From: Candidatus Doudnabacteria bacterium
Lineage (GTDB): Bacteria; Patescibacteriota; Doudnabacteria; UBA920
Assembly (NCBI GenBank): GCA_038230955.1
Contig: JBBRMG010000002.1
Span: 1,199 to 65,198, forward strand
Direction of reading: 5' to 3'
DNA: 64,000 bases
Position 1 is the stretch's first letter, and the number at the start of each line of letters is the position of its first letter. The notes below the pieces were generated by a model. That model worked only from the letters and a program-made list of their open reading frames with translations, had not been told where the DNA came from and did no database searches. The position numbers were made by a program, and so were the translations under genes. This document shows positions 30,447 through 41,278 of this stretch, piece by piece.

Positions 30447-31722
30447 CTTATCACAAAAATATTTAATCTTTATATGCCTAGTGGTAATAGGCGCAGGAAT
30501 TTCTGCATTGCCTCGGAATACTAGGGCTGCCCAAAAGAGCACAGGCTCTTCCGACCCAAGTCAAATTAAATCTCTTACTATTCCCAGCAACTTGGCGCTG
30601 TCTTGGAAAGGTCAATATACTTTGGAGGATGGTTCGTCATTACACCGATTCCATCCAAGCATCAAAGATGCCATCGCTTTTTCATTGACTGGTGCTTACA
30701 CGAATAACATTAAACGCGGTCAACTGTTTTCTTTTAGCCCTGCCGCTGTCTATACGTGGATTGTAGCAAACACCAAAGATTACAATGTAAAACCGCAGGA
30801 GCCAAAAATTACTATAGTCGATGATCGCGTCACTGATTTCCTCGCCCCGCAAAACGGTCAAACGGTTGATGCTTACGCATCGATGGAAAACGCATTAGTA
30901 GATTTGGAAAGCGGTAATTACACAACTACGCCGGTTGTGAATATCACCCAATCTCGCAATAATTTAGATGAGCTCAATAATTTAGGGATAAAAGAATTAA
31001 TCAGCCGAGGTGAATCAACTTTTAATAATAGCCCGGGCAATCGTCGCCACAATATTGCTGTCGGGGTAAAAAGAATGACTGGGGTTATTATTCATCCAGG
31101 TGAAGAGTTTAGCTTCAACAAATTTCTTGGCCCAGTAGAAGCTTACGCCGGATTCTTGCCAGAGCTCGTCATTAAAGGTGGCGAAGGAACCGTTCCTGAA
31201 TTAGGCGGAGGGCTATGTCAAGTTTCGTCCACAACTTTTCGGGCTGCCATTCATGCGGGGCTACCAATTACCCAACGAAAAAATCATTCATACGCAGTAT
31301 CCTATTATGCCCCTCAAGGGACAGACGCTACCATCTATCCTGGGGTAATTGACTTGAAATTCGTAAACAATACTTTGGGCAGTATTATGATTTGGCCTTA
31401 CTTCCCAGAACAAAATAAATTAGTGTTTGATTTTTATGGTACTAGAGATAACCGCCAAGTCATTTTAAAAGACCCTATCCAATATGATCGCAAATCAGAT
31501 GGATCGCTGAAAGCTAGTTGGACTCAAACAGTTATAATGGATGGCACAACCGACACTAAAACTTTTTATTCAGTCTATCAACCACCGGCACTGTTCCATA
31601 AAACCGAAAGGTTTGTGACGGCTGCTCCTGCAGGTACTGTCCCGCCAGTCCTCGCTCCTCCCGTTACAACCACCCCTCCCGCCACTCCCCCGGCCACAAA
31701 ACCCACGCAGATAACTCAATAA
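30424..31722 (+). CDS. VanW-family protein
   Basis: [16 protein letters not shown] and [22 protein letters not shown] match PF04294. Pro/Thr-rich C-terminus. Confidence 0.7.
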   Translation: MTSQMHNNLSQKYLIFICLVVIGAGISALPRNTRAAQKSTGSSDPSQIKSLTIPSNLALSWKGQYTLEDGSSLHRFHPSIKDAIAFSLTGAYTNNIKRGQLFSFSPAAVYTWIVANTKDYNVKPQEPKITIVDDRVTDFLAPQNGQTVDAYASMENALVDLESGNYTTTPVVNITQSRNNLDELNNLGIKELISRGESTFNNSPGNRRHNIAVGVKRMTGVIIHPGEEFSFNKFLGPVEAYAGFLPELVIKGGEGTVPELGGGLCQVSSTTFRAAIHAGLPITQRKNHSYAVSYYAPQGTDATIYPGVIDLKFVNNTLGSIMIWPYFPEQNKLVFDFYGTRDNRQVILKDPIQYDRKSDGSLKASWTQTVIMDGTTDTKTFYSVYQPPALFHKTERFVTAAPAGTVPPVLAPPVTTTPPATPPATKPTQITQ

Positions 31723-31724
31723 AT

Positions 31725-32753
31725 ATGATTGAATCTACTGCAGACACATCCATTGCTTCTCCCACGGAATTACCGGAAGAACACGTTTTAGAACAAACCC
31801 TCCGTCCTCAGGGTTTACCTGAATTTATCGGCCAAGAGACTCTCAAGAAAAACTTACTCATAGTAATGGAAGCGGCGCGAATGCGTGGCGATACCTTAGA
31901 ACACGCTATGTTGTATGGTCCGCCAGGTTTAGGAAAAACTACACTGGCTCACATTATCGCCCGAGAAATGAACAGCAATATTAAAGTGACGTCAGGACCA
32001 GCTATTGAACGGGCTGGTGATTTAGCATCACTTTTAACAAACTTGTCCGACGGCGATGTTTTATTCATAGATGAAATTCATCGGCTAAACAAAATAGTAG
32101 AGGAAGTGCTTTATCCCGCGATGGAAGACGGCGTACTCGATATCATGTTAGGCAAAGGACCCGGAGCTCGCAGTGTGCGCATGGACTTACCGAAATTTAC
32201 ATTAATTGGGGCGACAACTCGTATCGGTTTAATTTCTGCTCCCCTGCGTGATAGGTTTGGCTTAGTGTACCATTTAGACTATTATGGTGACGCTGACTTG
32301 GAAAAAATTATTGGCCGCTCAGCCGAAATACTAAAAGCCAAAATTGCCCCGGCAGCTACCGGAGAATTAGCTAAGCGTAGTCGATTCACTCCGCGCATCG
32401 CCAACCGTCTACTCAAACGAGTCCGTGACTTTGCCCAGGTAGGAGGGCATGATACAATTACATTACCGGTAGCCCAGGAGGCTCTAGAATTACTGGGAGT
32501 TGATCAGTACGGATTAGACCGTAACGACCGTCGGATTTTAGAAATTCTTATTGAAAAGTTTAAAGGTGGTCCGGTCGGTTTAACTACCCTGTCAGCAGCC
32601 ACTGGAGAAGAAGCTGATACTATTACCGATGTCTACGAACCATTTCTCATTCGCCAAGGACTGCTCAACCGAACCCCTAAGGGACGAGAAGTAACAGACC
32701 GAGCCCGAGAACACTTAGGCGCGTTGGGAAGCGGCCAAGGCACTATCATTTAA
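31725..32753 (+). CDS. ruvB: Holliday junction branch migration ATPase RuvB
   Basis: [13 protein letters not shown]...[19 protein letters not shown]+ motifs. Confidence 0.93.
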   Translation: MIESTADTSIASPTELPEEHVLEQTLRPQGLPEFIGQETLKKNLLIVMEAARMRGDTLEHAMLYGPPGLGKTTLAHIIAREMNSNIKVTSGPAIERAGDLASLLTNLSDGDVLFIDEIHRLNKIVEEVLYPAMEDGVLDIMLGKGPGARSVRMDLPKFTLIGATTRIGLISAPLRDRFGLVYHLDYYGDADLEKIIGRSAEILKAKIAPAATGELAKRSRFTPRIANRLLKRVRDFAQVGGHDTITLPVAQEALELLGVDQYGLDRNDRRILEILIEKFKGGPVGLTTLSAATGEEADTITDVYEPFLIRQGLLNRTPKGREVTDRAREHLGALGSGQGTII

Positions 32754-32764
32754 AGTCTTACGCA

Positions 32765-32983
32765 ATGCATTACCAAGTCCAGTCAATCATTCAAATAGCG
32801 GCTTACAGTGTATATTATATTATTATCGGACTTCTTGCATTAGCTAGTCTATTTGGGGTTTATATTCTTACCGCCTACGGTCGCAGTCGCAGTATTTCTT
32901 TAGTCGTCAGTTTAATCTATATTGTGGTGTTTCTAATTCTATTTGCAACGTCGCAAAGCACTCTGCATTCACTTTTTTCTTAA
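32765..32983 (+). CDS. small membrane protein (two TM helices)
   Basis: 72 aa, hydrophobic, tightly packed between ruvB and the next gene. Confidence 0.4.
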   Translation: MHYQVQSIIQIAAYSVYYIIIGLLALASLFGVYILTAYGRSRSISLVVSLIYIVVFLILFATSQSTLHSLFS

Positions 32984-32992
32984 CCAAATCTC

Positions 32993-33523
32993 ATGCGCAG
33001 ACTTTTCCCCAGCCAGCTAGATGACGAGAAAATTTACTTAGTTGTAAGAGAGCACTGGTTTTTACTCCTCTTAAAATATTTAATAGTCATCTTTTTATTT
33101 GGCGCGTTGATTGCTTTTCAAACTTACGCTCCAGGGGCCGTGCCGGCATTATTTACCGGTATAGTGGGCAATGTTGTTACGTTAGTGAGCCAGATCTATG
33201 TCATTGCCCTTGTAGCCGCGACATTTTTAGTTTGGGTTCTCTACTATTTAAATATTCAAATTATTACCAATATTCGGATAGTCGATGTTGATCAAGGCGG
33301 TTTATTTCGACGCCGGATTTCTGAATTACATATTGATAAAATTGAGGACGTGACCAGTGAAATTAGCGGTATTTTAGCGAATGTTTTCCAGTATGGCAAC
33401 GTTTCTGTACAGACAGCGGGCACAGTAGAACGATTTGAGTTTTATCGTATTCCCAGTCCAGACCAAGTCGAACGATTAATTTTAGACTTGTACGAAAAGC
33501 GGCCACAACGACCTGACGCTTAA
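32993..33523 (+). CDS. membrane protein with bacterial PH-like domain (YdbS/bPH_2-like)
   Basis: Two N-terminal TM helices followed by a ~90-aa soluble domain. Architecture match only. Confidence 0.4.
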   Translation: MRRLFPSQLDDEKIYLVVREHWFLLLLKYLIVIFLFGALIAFQTYAPGAVPALFTGIVGNVVTLVSQIYVIALVAATFLVWVLYYLNIQIITNIRIVDVDQGGLFRRRISELHIDKIEDVTSEISGILANVFQYGNVSVQTAGTVERFEFYRIPSPDQVERLILDLYEKRPQRPDA

Positions 33524-33535
33524 TTATCTCCTTTT

Positions 33536-34609
33536 ATGAATATCCTCATCCTCGCAGGCGGGTCGGGTACTCGGCTATGGCCTGCTAGTCGGCGCAAGCA
33601 GCCAAAACAGCTTATGCATTTTATCGGTGATAAAACGCTTTTGCAAAATACCTATAACAGATTTAAGGGGTTTGCGCGGCCGGGGCAAATCTATGTTGGC
33701 ACTCTAAAAAACTATGCCGGGGCAATTCAAAAACAGCTGCCACAGATTCCCAAAAAAAACTATTCGTTAGAGCCAACATTAAAAGATCGCGCTCCCGCTA
33801 TTGGTCTAGCCGCACTTATTATGCACCATGACAATCCTGAAAGCTGTTTTGTTACAGCCTGGAGTGATCATTATATAAAAGAGGAAGCGAAATACTTGGC
33901 GATGCTAAGAAAAGCGGAGAAGTTTCTCAAAGCCAACCCAGAACAAACTATTACCGTTGGCATCGCTCCATCTTTTGCCCACACTGGCATGGGCTATATT
34001 GAAAAAGGTAAAATGATAAAATCTATTCCTGGATTAGCAATGAACCATGTTTATGCTTTCAAAGAAAAACCAGACTTAAAAACCGCTACCCGTTATATAA
34101 AATCAAAAAAATACTTATGGAATAGCGGTTACTTTATTTGGAAAACGTCTACTTTGCTAGATTTGTACAAAAAACATTTACCGGAAATTTACGCATTGCT
34201 CATGGAAATTAAACCGGCACTTGGAACAAAAAAACAACAGGCCTCGATAGATAAAATTTATCCACGGATGCCCAAGCTAGACATTGAAAAAGGGCTGATT
34301 GAAAAACTTACCAACCGAATGGTAATAACTGCGGATTTTAGCTGGGCCGATGTTGGCAGCTGGAAAGTAGTGAAAGATGCTCTATCCCCTAACAGCAACT
34401 TAATCAAAGGCCCCTGGGTTGGAATAGATACCGCAGACAGCTTAGTCTACAACTACACCAAGAAGTTAGTGGCAACCGCTGGAACAAAGGACCTGATTAT
34501 TGTCGTCACCCCAGACGTGGTACTTGTGGCCAACAAAGACAGTGCCGAAGACATCAAAAAACTGACAGCTATGCTCGAGGCCAACCCTCAATGGAAGAAA
34601 TTTTTATAG
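33536..34609 (+). CDS. mannose-1-phosphate guanylyltransferase-like nucleotidyltransferase
   Basis: ILAGGSGTRLWPASRRKQPKQ N-terminus typical of ManC/GMP family. Confidence 0.7.
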   Translation: MNILILAGGSGTRLWPASRRKQPKQLMHFIGDKTLLQNTYNRFKGFARPGQIYVGTLKNYAGAIQKQLPQIPKKNYSLEPTLKDRAPAIGLAALIMHHDNPESCFVTAWSDHYIKEEAKYLAMLRKAEKFLKANPEQTITVGIAPSFAHTGMGYIEKGKMIKSIPGLAMNHVYAFKEKPDLKTATRYIKSKKYLWNSGYFIWKTSTLLDLYKKHLPEIYALLMEIKPALGTKKQQASIDKIYPRMPKLDIEKGLIEKLTNRMVITADFSWADVGSWKVVKDALSPNSNLIKGPWVGIDTADSLVYNYTKKLVATAGTKDLIIVVTPDVVLVANKDSAEDIKKLTAMLEANPQWKKFL

Positions 34610-34663
34610 CATCATTACAACTTTCTAAAAAAACTGTATACTAATGATTATTAACCTCCCTCT

Positions 34664-35983
34664 GTGACCCAATTTATTATTCAAGTAATCATTGTTTTTC
34701 TGCTAACCCTGCTTAATGGATTCTTTGTTCTCAGTGAGATTGCTTTGATTTCTATTCGGAAAACTCGCGTGGCCGCTTTGGTTAACCAAGGAAACGCACG
34801 AGCGCTTATTATCCAGCGGCTCCACGACAATCCGGAAAGCCTATTCGCTACCACTCAAGTCGGCGTTTCGCTCATCACTATTGCCGCTTCTGCTTTCGCT
34901 GGGGCCAGTATTGCCAACGAACTTGCCAGTTATGTCCGCCAAATCCCAATCGCATTTTTCTACAATTACGACCACACTATCAGCTTTATTATAGTAGTAG
35001 CCGCTGTGGCCTACCTAAGCCTCATTATTGGTGAGCTGGTCCCTAAATCACTGGGACTACGCTATGCTGAGCGCTTTAGCTTAATTGCTGCTTATCCTAT
35101 CTGGATTTTATCTAAAATTCTTACGGCGCCCATTGCCATACTGACTTTCTCTTCTAATATCATCTTGCGGCTGTTCAAAGATACCACTCACTTTGCCGAA
35201 GGACGATTATCGGAAGAAGAAATTCGAGCCACCATTGCCGAAGGACGTAGAGCTGGAACAATTGAACCCCGGGAACACACTATCATAGAAAACGTGTTTG
35301 ATTTTTCCGACTTAAGCGTCGATAAAATAATGGTTGCCAGAGCAAAAATGACCGCATTTGATAGCAATGAACCTGTGGCCAATATTATCAAAAATGCAAT
35401 CGAATCAGGCTACTCCCGCATTCCAATATATCAAGGAGAACTCAATAATATTATTGGGGTACTTTATACAAAAAAATTACTGTCTGCTTTTGGCCAATCA
35501 TCAGACAATCTTGAACTTAAAAATTATTTAGTATCGCCATCTTTTGTTCCCGCAGCGATGAAAATTAACGATGTATTACATTCTCTTCAAAAAAATAAAG
35601 CCCACCTGGCACTAGTCACAGACGAGCATGGCGAAGTAGAAGGGTTAGTGACCATGGAAGATGTACTAGAAGAAATCGTTGGCGAAATCACGGATGAAAC
35701 TGACGAAGCAAATAGAGAGATTAAACAAACCGGTAATGATTTCTTGGTAGCTGGGGATCTCTCTATCGTTGACTTTAATAAATATTTTGAACAAACTCTG
35801 CCCGAAGACGAAGATTACAATACTATTTCCGGATTTATTTTGGATCAAGTAGGACATTTTCCTGACGCCGGTGAAACAGTAGAATTCGGTGATCTAAAAT
35901 TTATCGTAAAAGAAGCGGCTATGAGAACAGTTAAATCAGTGGTCGTACAAGGTGCCAAAAAAAACACCCCAGCACTTAGCTGA
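34664..35983 (+). CDS. CNNM/HlyC-CorC family transporter (DUF21 + CBS pair + CorC_HlyC)
   Basis: GTG start. N-terminal TM DUF21, CBS pair region, C-terminal GDLKFIVKEAAMRTVKSVVV transporter-associated domain. Confidence 0.75.
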   Translation: MTQFIIQVIIVFLLTLLNGFFVLSEIALISIRKTRVAALVNQGNARALIIQRLHDNPESLFATTQVGVSLITIAASAFAGASIANELASYVRQIPIAFFYNYDHTISFIIVVAAVAYLSLIIGELVPKSLGLRYAERFSLIAAYPIWILSKILTAPIAILTFSSNIILRLFKDTTHFAEGRLSEEEIRATIAEGRRAGTIEPREHTIIENVFDFSDLSVDKIMVARAKMTAFDSNEPVANIIKNAIESGYSRIPIYQGELNNIIGVLYTKKLLSAFGQSSDNLELKNYLVSPSFVPAAMKINDVLHSLQKNKAHLALVTDEHGEVEGLVTMEDVLEEIVGEITDETDEANREIKQTGNDFLVAGDLSIVDFNKYFEQTLPEDEDYNTISGFILDQVGHFPDAGETVEFGDLKFIVKEAAMRTVKSVVVQGAKKNTPALS

Positions 35984-36010
35984 GGTGTTTTAATTCCAAT
36001 TTCTTCTGGA

Positions 36011-36376
36011 TTACATCGCAGAAGCGGTGGAACCAGAATTACCCTTACCTAATCCAACTGCTAAAAATACGACAGTCAAGATCAAGTGGAATAGGTTATC
36101 GGCTAAGTTAACATGTAGCAAACCAAAAATATTGCCGCCGAGCAAGAAGCCCAGAATTGTAACTAAGCCATAAACTACACCAAATACAACTGCAAAAGTT
36201 TTTGCTTGGGATTCTGGCTTACCTGCAAAGTACAGAGCCAAGATACCGGACACAATGTGAATCAAGTTATGCAAGGTGTTGACTTCAAGAATACCCAATA
36301 CCGGGTGGTTAAAAAAACCAAGGATGCCGCTAAGGACAAACACAACACCTAACACATACAATACGTTCTTTATCAT
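36011..36376 (-). CDS. hypothetical membrane protein (DUF4383-like)
   Basis: 121 aa, four hydrophobic segments, HN..H motifs. Confidence 0.45.
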   Translation of the reverse strand: MIKNVLYVLGVVFVLSGILGFFNHPVLGILEVNTLHNLIHIVSGILALYFAGKPESQAKTFAVVFGVVYGLVTILGFLLGGNIFGLLHVNLADNLFHLILTVVFLAVGLGKGNSGSTASAM

Positions 36377-36481
36377 ATAAGTAATTTAAATAACTGTTTT
36401 TTATTGAACATAAGTTCTTGTAGGCATCGACCAGGTCCTACTTCAAGCTTCAAGTTTATTATACCACGACAAATAACAAAT

Positions 36482-37570
36482 TTATTGATTTTCTTCCTCT
36501 TGGACGCTTGGGGCCAAAGTCACATGTTGACCGGCCATTTCTAAGGGGTGAGTGGTGGTAATGAAAGTCTGGAACTTCCCTTGTAAATATTTAAGTAAGA
36601 ATGTTCGCCGGGTTTCATCGAGTTCAGACAAAACATCATCTAGTAGTAAAATTGGCTTATCATCAACCTGAGTCAGGTACTCCAGTTCCAAAATTTTTAG
36701 TGCCAGAATCTGACTGCGTTGTTCACCGCGGGAAGAAAAGGAGCTTAGGTACAACCCCTCGCTTTGTAGGGAGAAATCATCTCGGTGTGGTCCTACCAAA
36801 GAAGTGCCGACAATTTGTTCTTTATTTTTTACCTCTGCCAGACGCTCGGTAAAATTCCCTACAATCTCTTCTTCAGTCTCACCAAGAATGCTGTCATAAA
36901 CCACCTCAACTGTACGATGAAACTTGGAAATAGCTGTATAGACTTCGGAAATATTTTGATTAAGGAAATTTATAAACCGTTTACGCTCCATAACTATTCG
37001 ACTGCCAACTTCTACTAATTGCATATTCCATGGGTCGACATCTTCGGGTCGTGCGCTCCCTAACTTAATATCAGTGAGCAAACGATTTTTCTGCGATAAT
37101 ATCCTTTTGTAATTTGTCAGGTCTTCTAAGTAAGATAAACTTTTCTGCGACATCACCATATTTAAATACTTGCGCCGGGCTTCCGGTGGCTTTGAAAAAA
37201 TATCTACATCAGTAGGTTCAAAAATTACTACCCTCATAAACCCTTGGGCTTCTTTTCGTTTCTTTTTTACGCCATCGATTTTAAAATTAGCATAGATCTT
37301 ATCACGCTTTTCCAAATAAATATCTAGCTGATGATCTTCCCCCTCACGCTCCAGTAACATTTTTATTTCGGCGGCAGCGCTCCCTTTTAAGAAAATAAAT
37401 TCTGCGTCATCTCGAAAAGATTTAAATAAAGAGGCAAAATAAACTGATTCCAATAAGTTAGTTTTTCCCACTGCATTTGGACCAGAAAGCACCACCATGT
37501 CACTGGTGATATTAAGGCTTAGGTCGGGGTAGTTGCGGAAGTTTTTGATCTCGATATTCTTGATTCTCAT
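36482..37570 (-). CDS. recF: DNA replication and repair protein RecF
   Basis: MRIKNIEIKNFRNY...LSGPNAVGKTNLLES. Confidence 0.9.
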   Translation of the reverse strand: MRIKNIEIKNFRNYPDLSLNITSDMVVLSGPNAVGKTNLLESVYFASLFKSFRDDAEFIFLKGSAAAEIKMLLEREGEDHQLDIYLEKRDKIYANFKIDGVKKKRKEAQGFMRVVIFEPTDVDIFSKPPEARRKYLNMVMSQKSLSYLEDLTNYKRILSQKNRLLTDIKLGSARPEDVDPWNMQLVEVGSRIVMERKRFINFLNQNISEVYTAISKFHRTVEVVYDSILGETEEEIVGNFTERLAEVKNKEQIVGTSLVGPHRDDFSLQSEGLYLSSFSSRGEQRSQILALKILELEYLTQVDDKPILLLDDVLSELDETRRTFLLKYLQGKFQTFITTTHPLEMAGQHVTLAPSVQEEENQ

Positions 37571-37583
37571 AAGTTTATTGGAA

Positions 37584-38681
37584 TTATCCTTTAATTGGCA
37601 TAACTAAATACATGTAATCATTGTCGCCTTGGGGCACAAATATAACAGGGGCGTTCTCATCAACCACCTTCACTGTAATGGCTTCAGCGGTCACAACTGA
37701 CAGAACATCGAGAACATAACGATAGTTTAGCATCACTGTGCCGGCCGTTCCACTAATCTCTGCGGGGACCTCTGCCACGCTCTCCCCTACATCATGTGAG
37801 ACTGCGCTCACGACCATGCTTTGCTTATCAGCATCATATGACATTGTGACTGTCCCTGTTCCCCGTGAAAATATACCACTTGTCTTTAGCGCAGATGATA
37901 ATGCTTGCCGTTCTACCAAGATTGTAGCATTAAATGCTTCGGGGATAATCTGCTTATAATCTGGGTACTGTCCGTCAATTAAGCGGCTGACTAAGTAACT
38001 GTCACCAACACTAACGGTCATCTGGCTATCGGCAATAATCACCGAAACATCATCCGTAAACCCATTCAATAATCTAGATATCTCTGCCGCTGTTTTGTGT
38101 GGAATGATAACTTGCTTTTCCAACTCTGATGATTCAACAATGATGGTTCTTTCGGCCAGTCGGTATCGGTCTGTGGCTACCAGTTTTAGGTTTCCTTTTC
38201 CGGGTTGAATCAGTATTCCTGAAATTTCCGGTTGTGATTCACTGGTGCTCGCTGAGAAAACAACTGAGTCTAAGGCATTTTTCAGGGCGGCCCCATTACA
38301 TTTTATTTGCGATCCGTTTTCGACTATTGGGATGGGGGGGAATTCTTCACTTGGTAAAGTTTTTAGTTTGGTTGAATAATGTTCAGTGATAATGCTAATT
38401 TCCCCGTCTTTATTATCCAAAGTTATATTCGTGCTCGGCAAACTGTTTATTAAATCTGTTAGTGTCTTTGCGGGGATGCTCACGCTGCCCTCCTGATCAA
38501 TTTTACAGCGGATGGTTGTGCTGATTGCCACCTCTAGGTTTGTTCCGACCAGTTTAAGCTGCCCATTTTCGGTGGTCATCAAAATACTATTCAGGATTGG
38601 TAGAGTGTTGCTCGTGCCGATAACCCTTCCGACGGTGGCAAGCCCATTCTTTAAATTTTCTTGGGTGCAAACAATTTTCAT
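37584..38681 (-). CDS. dnaN: DNA polymerase III subunit beta (sliding clamp)
   Basis: 365 aa with typical beta-clamp N-terminus. Sits between dnaA and recF. Confidence 0.9.
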   Translation of the reverse strand: MKIVCTQENLKNGLATVGRVIGTSNTLPILNSILMTTENGQLKLVGTNLEVAISTTIRCKIDQEGSVSIPAKTLTDLINSLPSTNITLDNKDGEISIITEHYSTKLKTLPSEEFPPIPIVENGSQIKCNGAALKNALDSVVFSASTSESQPEISGILIQPGKGNLKLVATDRYRLAERTIIVESSELEKQVIIPHKTAAEISRLLNGFTDDVSVIIADSQMTVSVGDSYLVSRLIDGQYPDYKQIIPEAFNATILVERQALSSALKTSGIFSRGTGTVTMSYDADKQSMVVSAVSHDVGESVAEVPAEISGTAGTVMLNYRYVLDVLSVVTAEAITVKVVDENAPVIFVPQGDNDYMYLVMPIKG

Positions 38682-38900
38682 TGTTGTTATTAATTAATTT
38701 AAATAAATAGTAGTAATAGTAATAAGGGCTGGGGATTTGTGGATGGGTGGAATATCGGCAATGTTTATAGGCAGTTTCCCGTTTCTGGTATGTTGGTATC
38801 TCAGTGCACAAAGGGCGGGTAGAGCTGTGGATGTTTGGGGGTAATTATTAGGTGCGCTACATGGCTGTGTATATACTCAGTTTTTATTAAGTGCTTATCA
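38682..38900. other. probable oriC (dnaA-dnaN intergenic): AT-rich DNA-unwinding stretch plus DnaA boxes
   Basis: TGTGGATgg at 38737-38745 and TGTGGATgt at 38825-38833. AT-rich tract 38682-38725. Confidence 0.55.
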
Positions 38901-40271
38901 TCAGGTTATATACAACTTATCCAGTATCAAATCTAATTCCTGTTTTACGGTTTCATTGGTGCTGACAATGTTTTCAATTTTATCAACGCCGTGCATTACA
39001 GTTGTGTGGTCTCTTCCTCCAAAGAACTCGCCAATGGTAGGGAATGAGCTATTGAGTTCTTTTCGTGAGATGTACATTGCTACCTGTCTCGGTTTAACAT
39101 ATTCCTTACGGCGGGATTGTTTAATCAAGTCTTCAATTGTGATGTTGTAGAATTCAGCGACTGACAGAGCAATTTTTTTCAGACTAAGAACTTTCTTTTT
39201 TGCACTCATCATGTTGGCCAAAATTTGTTTTGCTCTGTCCATGGTCAGAGGAACATTTTCCATTTGTTGGAAGACAATTAGGCGATTCAATGCACCTTCT
39301 AACTCTCTTATATTACTAACAACATGCTCAGCTATAAATTCAAGGATGTCATCGGGGATATTTACCCCCCGCTTTTGTACTTTAGAATTAAGTATTGCTA
39401 ATCGTGTTTCCATATCCGGCGCTTGAACATCTGCTACCATCCCCCATTCAAACCTAGATATTAACCTTTGTTCGATTGACGTAATATCTTTTGGCTGACG
39501 ATCGGCGGTGAGGATAATCTGCTTGCCTTTGTCGCGAAGCTCATTAAATGTATGAAAGAATTCTTCTTGCGTTCCTTCTTTACCGGCGATAAACTGAATA
39601 TCATCAATTAGCAACATATCTACCGAGCGATAGATTTTCTTAAACTCATCCATTTTTTTATGGCCAATTGCATATACGTAGTCATTAGTGAATTTCTCGC
39701 TAGTGACGTACAAGACTTTACTCCGGGGATTATCGTGCATCAATTTATTGCCGACAGCGTGCATTAAGTGGGTTTTTCCTAAGCCCACGCCACCGTAAAT
39801 AAATAACGGATTGTACTGTGAACCAGGGTTTTTGCCCACTGCATTACTAGCAGCGTTGGCCAGTTCATTATGCTTGCCAATGACAAGGGTGTCGAAAACG
39901 TATTTGGGGTTTAAACTGCCAGTTGCTGCAGCTGACGTTTCTTTATGTTGATTTTGAAAATCTGTGGTCGATTGTGAGTCTACTCGTTGGCGGTCGACTT
40001 TTGGTGAAGAGCTGGGTTCAGGTCGGGCCTGGCCTACATGATATTTCACTTCTCGGATCTCTGGGCTGATTTGTTTAAGTGTTTTAAGAAGTTCATTGTG
40101 AAATTTTTCGGATATCCACTTACGGATGAACTCGCTAGGCACTCCGACAACTATGCCGTCCTCTGTTCTTTCTAGAATGGAAGTGCCTTTAAACCAGGTG
40201 TTAAAGTTGCCTCGGCTAATTGATACTTCCAGACTGCCTAATATTGATTGCCAGAGTTGTCCGTTTGTCAT
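38901..40271 (-). CDS. dnaA: chromosomal replication initiator DnaA
   Basis: NPLFIYGGVGLGKTHLMHAVGN AAA+ region and a C-terminal DNA-binding domain. Confidence 0.95.
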   Translation of the reverse strand: MTNGQLWQSILGSLEVSISRGNFNTWFKGTSILERTEDGIVVGVPSEFIRKWISEKFHNELLKTLKQISPEIREVKYHVGQARPEPSSSPKVDRQRVDSQSTTDFQNQHKETSAAATGSLNPKYVFDTLVIGKHNELANAASNAVGKNPGSQYNPLFIYGGVGLGKTHLMHAVGNKLMHDNPRSKVLYVTSEKFTNDYVYAIGHKKMDEFKKIYRSVDMLLIDDIQFIAGKEGTQEEFFHTFNELRDKGKQIILTADRQPKDITSIEQRLISRFEWGMVADVQAPDMETRLAILNSKVQKRGVNIPDDILEFIAEHVVSNIRELEGALNRLIVFQQMENVPLTMDRAKQILANMMSAKKKVLSLKKIALSVAEFYNITIEDLIKQSRRKEYVKPRQVAMYISRKELNSSFPTIGEFFGGRDHTTVMHGVDKIENIVSTNETVKQELDLILDKLYIT

Positions 40272-40336
40272 GTTTTTTTCAGGATTTCAAGTTTTATTTA
40301 AGGTTTTTTCAAGATATTCCCCATTGTAACAGGCAC

Positions 40337-40414
40337 TTATCAACATGTAAATAAAAGAAATATAACGCTTATATAAAGCCGTAAATAGTGGTTATGTGAA
40401 TATGGTGTGGAAAA
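40337..40414. other. DnaA-box-like cluster upstream of dnaA (second origin module)
   Basis: TTATCAACA (40337-40345), TTATGTGAA (40392-40400), TGTGGAAAA (40406-40414). Confidence 0.4.
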
Positions 40415-40448
40415 CTATTGAATTTTTGTGTATATCTTTTTTGAAGGA

Positions 40449-40477
40449 TTGACGGTGGCTCAATAAATTAGTATAAT
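40449..40477 (+). promoter_or_regulatory. sigma70-like promoter (TTGACG-17-TATAAT) for rpmH
   Basis: Consensus hexamers with a 17-nt spacer, ~30 nt before rpmH. Confidence 0.55.
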
Positions 40478-40506
40478 AGTCAAAGAATTGTTAATTATTG
40501 TCACTC

Positions 40507-40641
40507 ATGAAGAGAACCTACCAGCCGAAAGTAAAGCGCAGAAAAAGAGTGCACGGTTTCCGTAAACGTATGCAAACCAAGCCCGGAAGAAACGTGTTAG
40601 CCCGCCGCCGTCTGAAAGGACGCAAACGTCTAACTGTTTAA
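40507..40641 (+). CDS. rpmH: 50S ribosomal protein L34
   Basis: [44 protein letters not shown]. 44 aa, below the ORF-track cutoff. Confidence 0.95.
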   Translation: MKRTYQPKVKRRKRVHGFRKRMQTKPGRNVLARRRLKGRKRLTV

Positions 40642-40647
40642 CCCAAT

Positions 40648-40989
40648 ATGTTAAAAAAGAACTACCGCCTAACCAAAAGCAAGGATATCCAACAGACCTC
40701 CATGCGGGGGCGGAGTTTTTTTAACCCCCTTTTTGTGCTTAAATATCGAGCCGCATCTTTAGTTGAGCCGCGGTTTGGGTTTATTGTTTCAACAAAAGTA
40801 TCTAAACGGGCAGTGGAACGTAATCGCATAAAAAGGGTTGCGAGGGAACAAATCCGCTCCATTATTACTGACTTCAAAACCGGAGATTATGTTATCATTG
40901 TAAAGTCTAAAGCATCTGGGAAAACACCCACCGAATTACGGGCTTCCCTATCACAGCTTTGTCAGTCATCTAAGCTTTTGAATCTATGA
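40648..40989 (+). CDS. rnpA: ribonuclease P protein component
   Basis: FGFIVSTKVSKRAVERNRIKRVAREQIR. Confidence 0.88.
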   Translation: MLKKNYRLTKSKDIQQTSMRGRSFFNPLFVLKYRAASLVEPRFGFIVSTKVSKRAVERNRIKRVAREQIRSIITDFKTGDYVIIVKSKASGKTPTELRASLSQLCQSSKLLNL

Positions 40990-41255
40990 ACAAGACTATT
41001 TTAATACCCAGACAAATAGCATTGGTGTTAATCAGGATATATCAGAAAACACTATCACCGGACCACGGGCTGTTCCGAGCACGTTACCCTCACGGGTTTT
41101 GTCGTTACTATCCATCTTGTAGTCAATATGGATACGATGCTATTAGTCGCTATGGTTTGATTCGCGGAGGCCTTATGACAAGCTGGAGAATATTGCGTTG
41201 CAACCCATGGACTAAACCCAGCATAGACCAAGTGCCAACGCGAGCAACAATTTAA
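40986..41255 (+). CDS. yidD: membrane protein insertion efficiency factor YidD
   Basis: CRYYPSCSQYGYDAISRYGLIRGGLMTSWRILRCNPW. Confidence 0.88.
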   Translation: MNKTILIPRQIALVLIRIYQKTLSPDHGLFRARYPHGFCRYYPSCSQYGYDAISRYGLIRGGLMTSWRILRCNPWTKPSIDQVPTRATI

Positions 41256-41278
41256 ATTAATCATTATCTATTTTTCTC

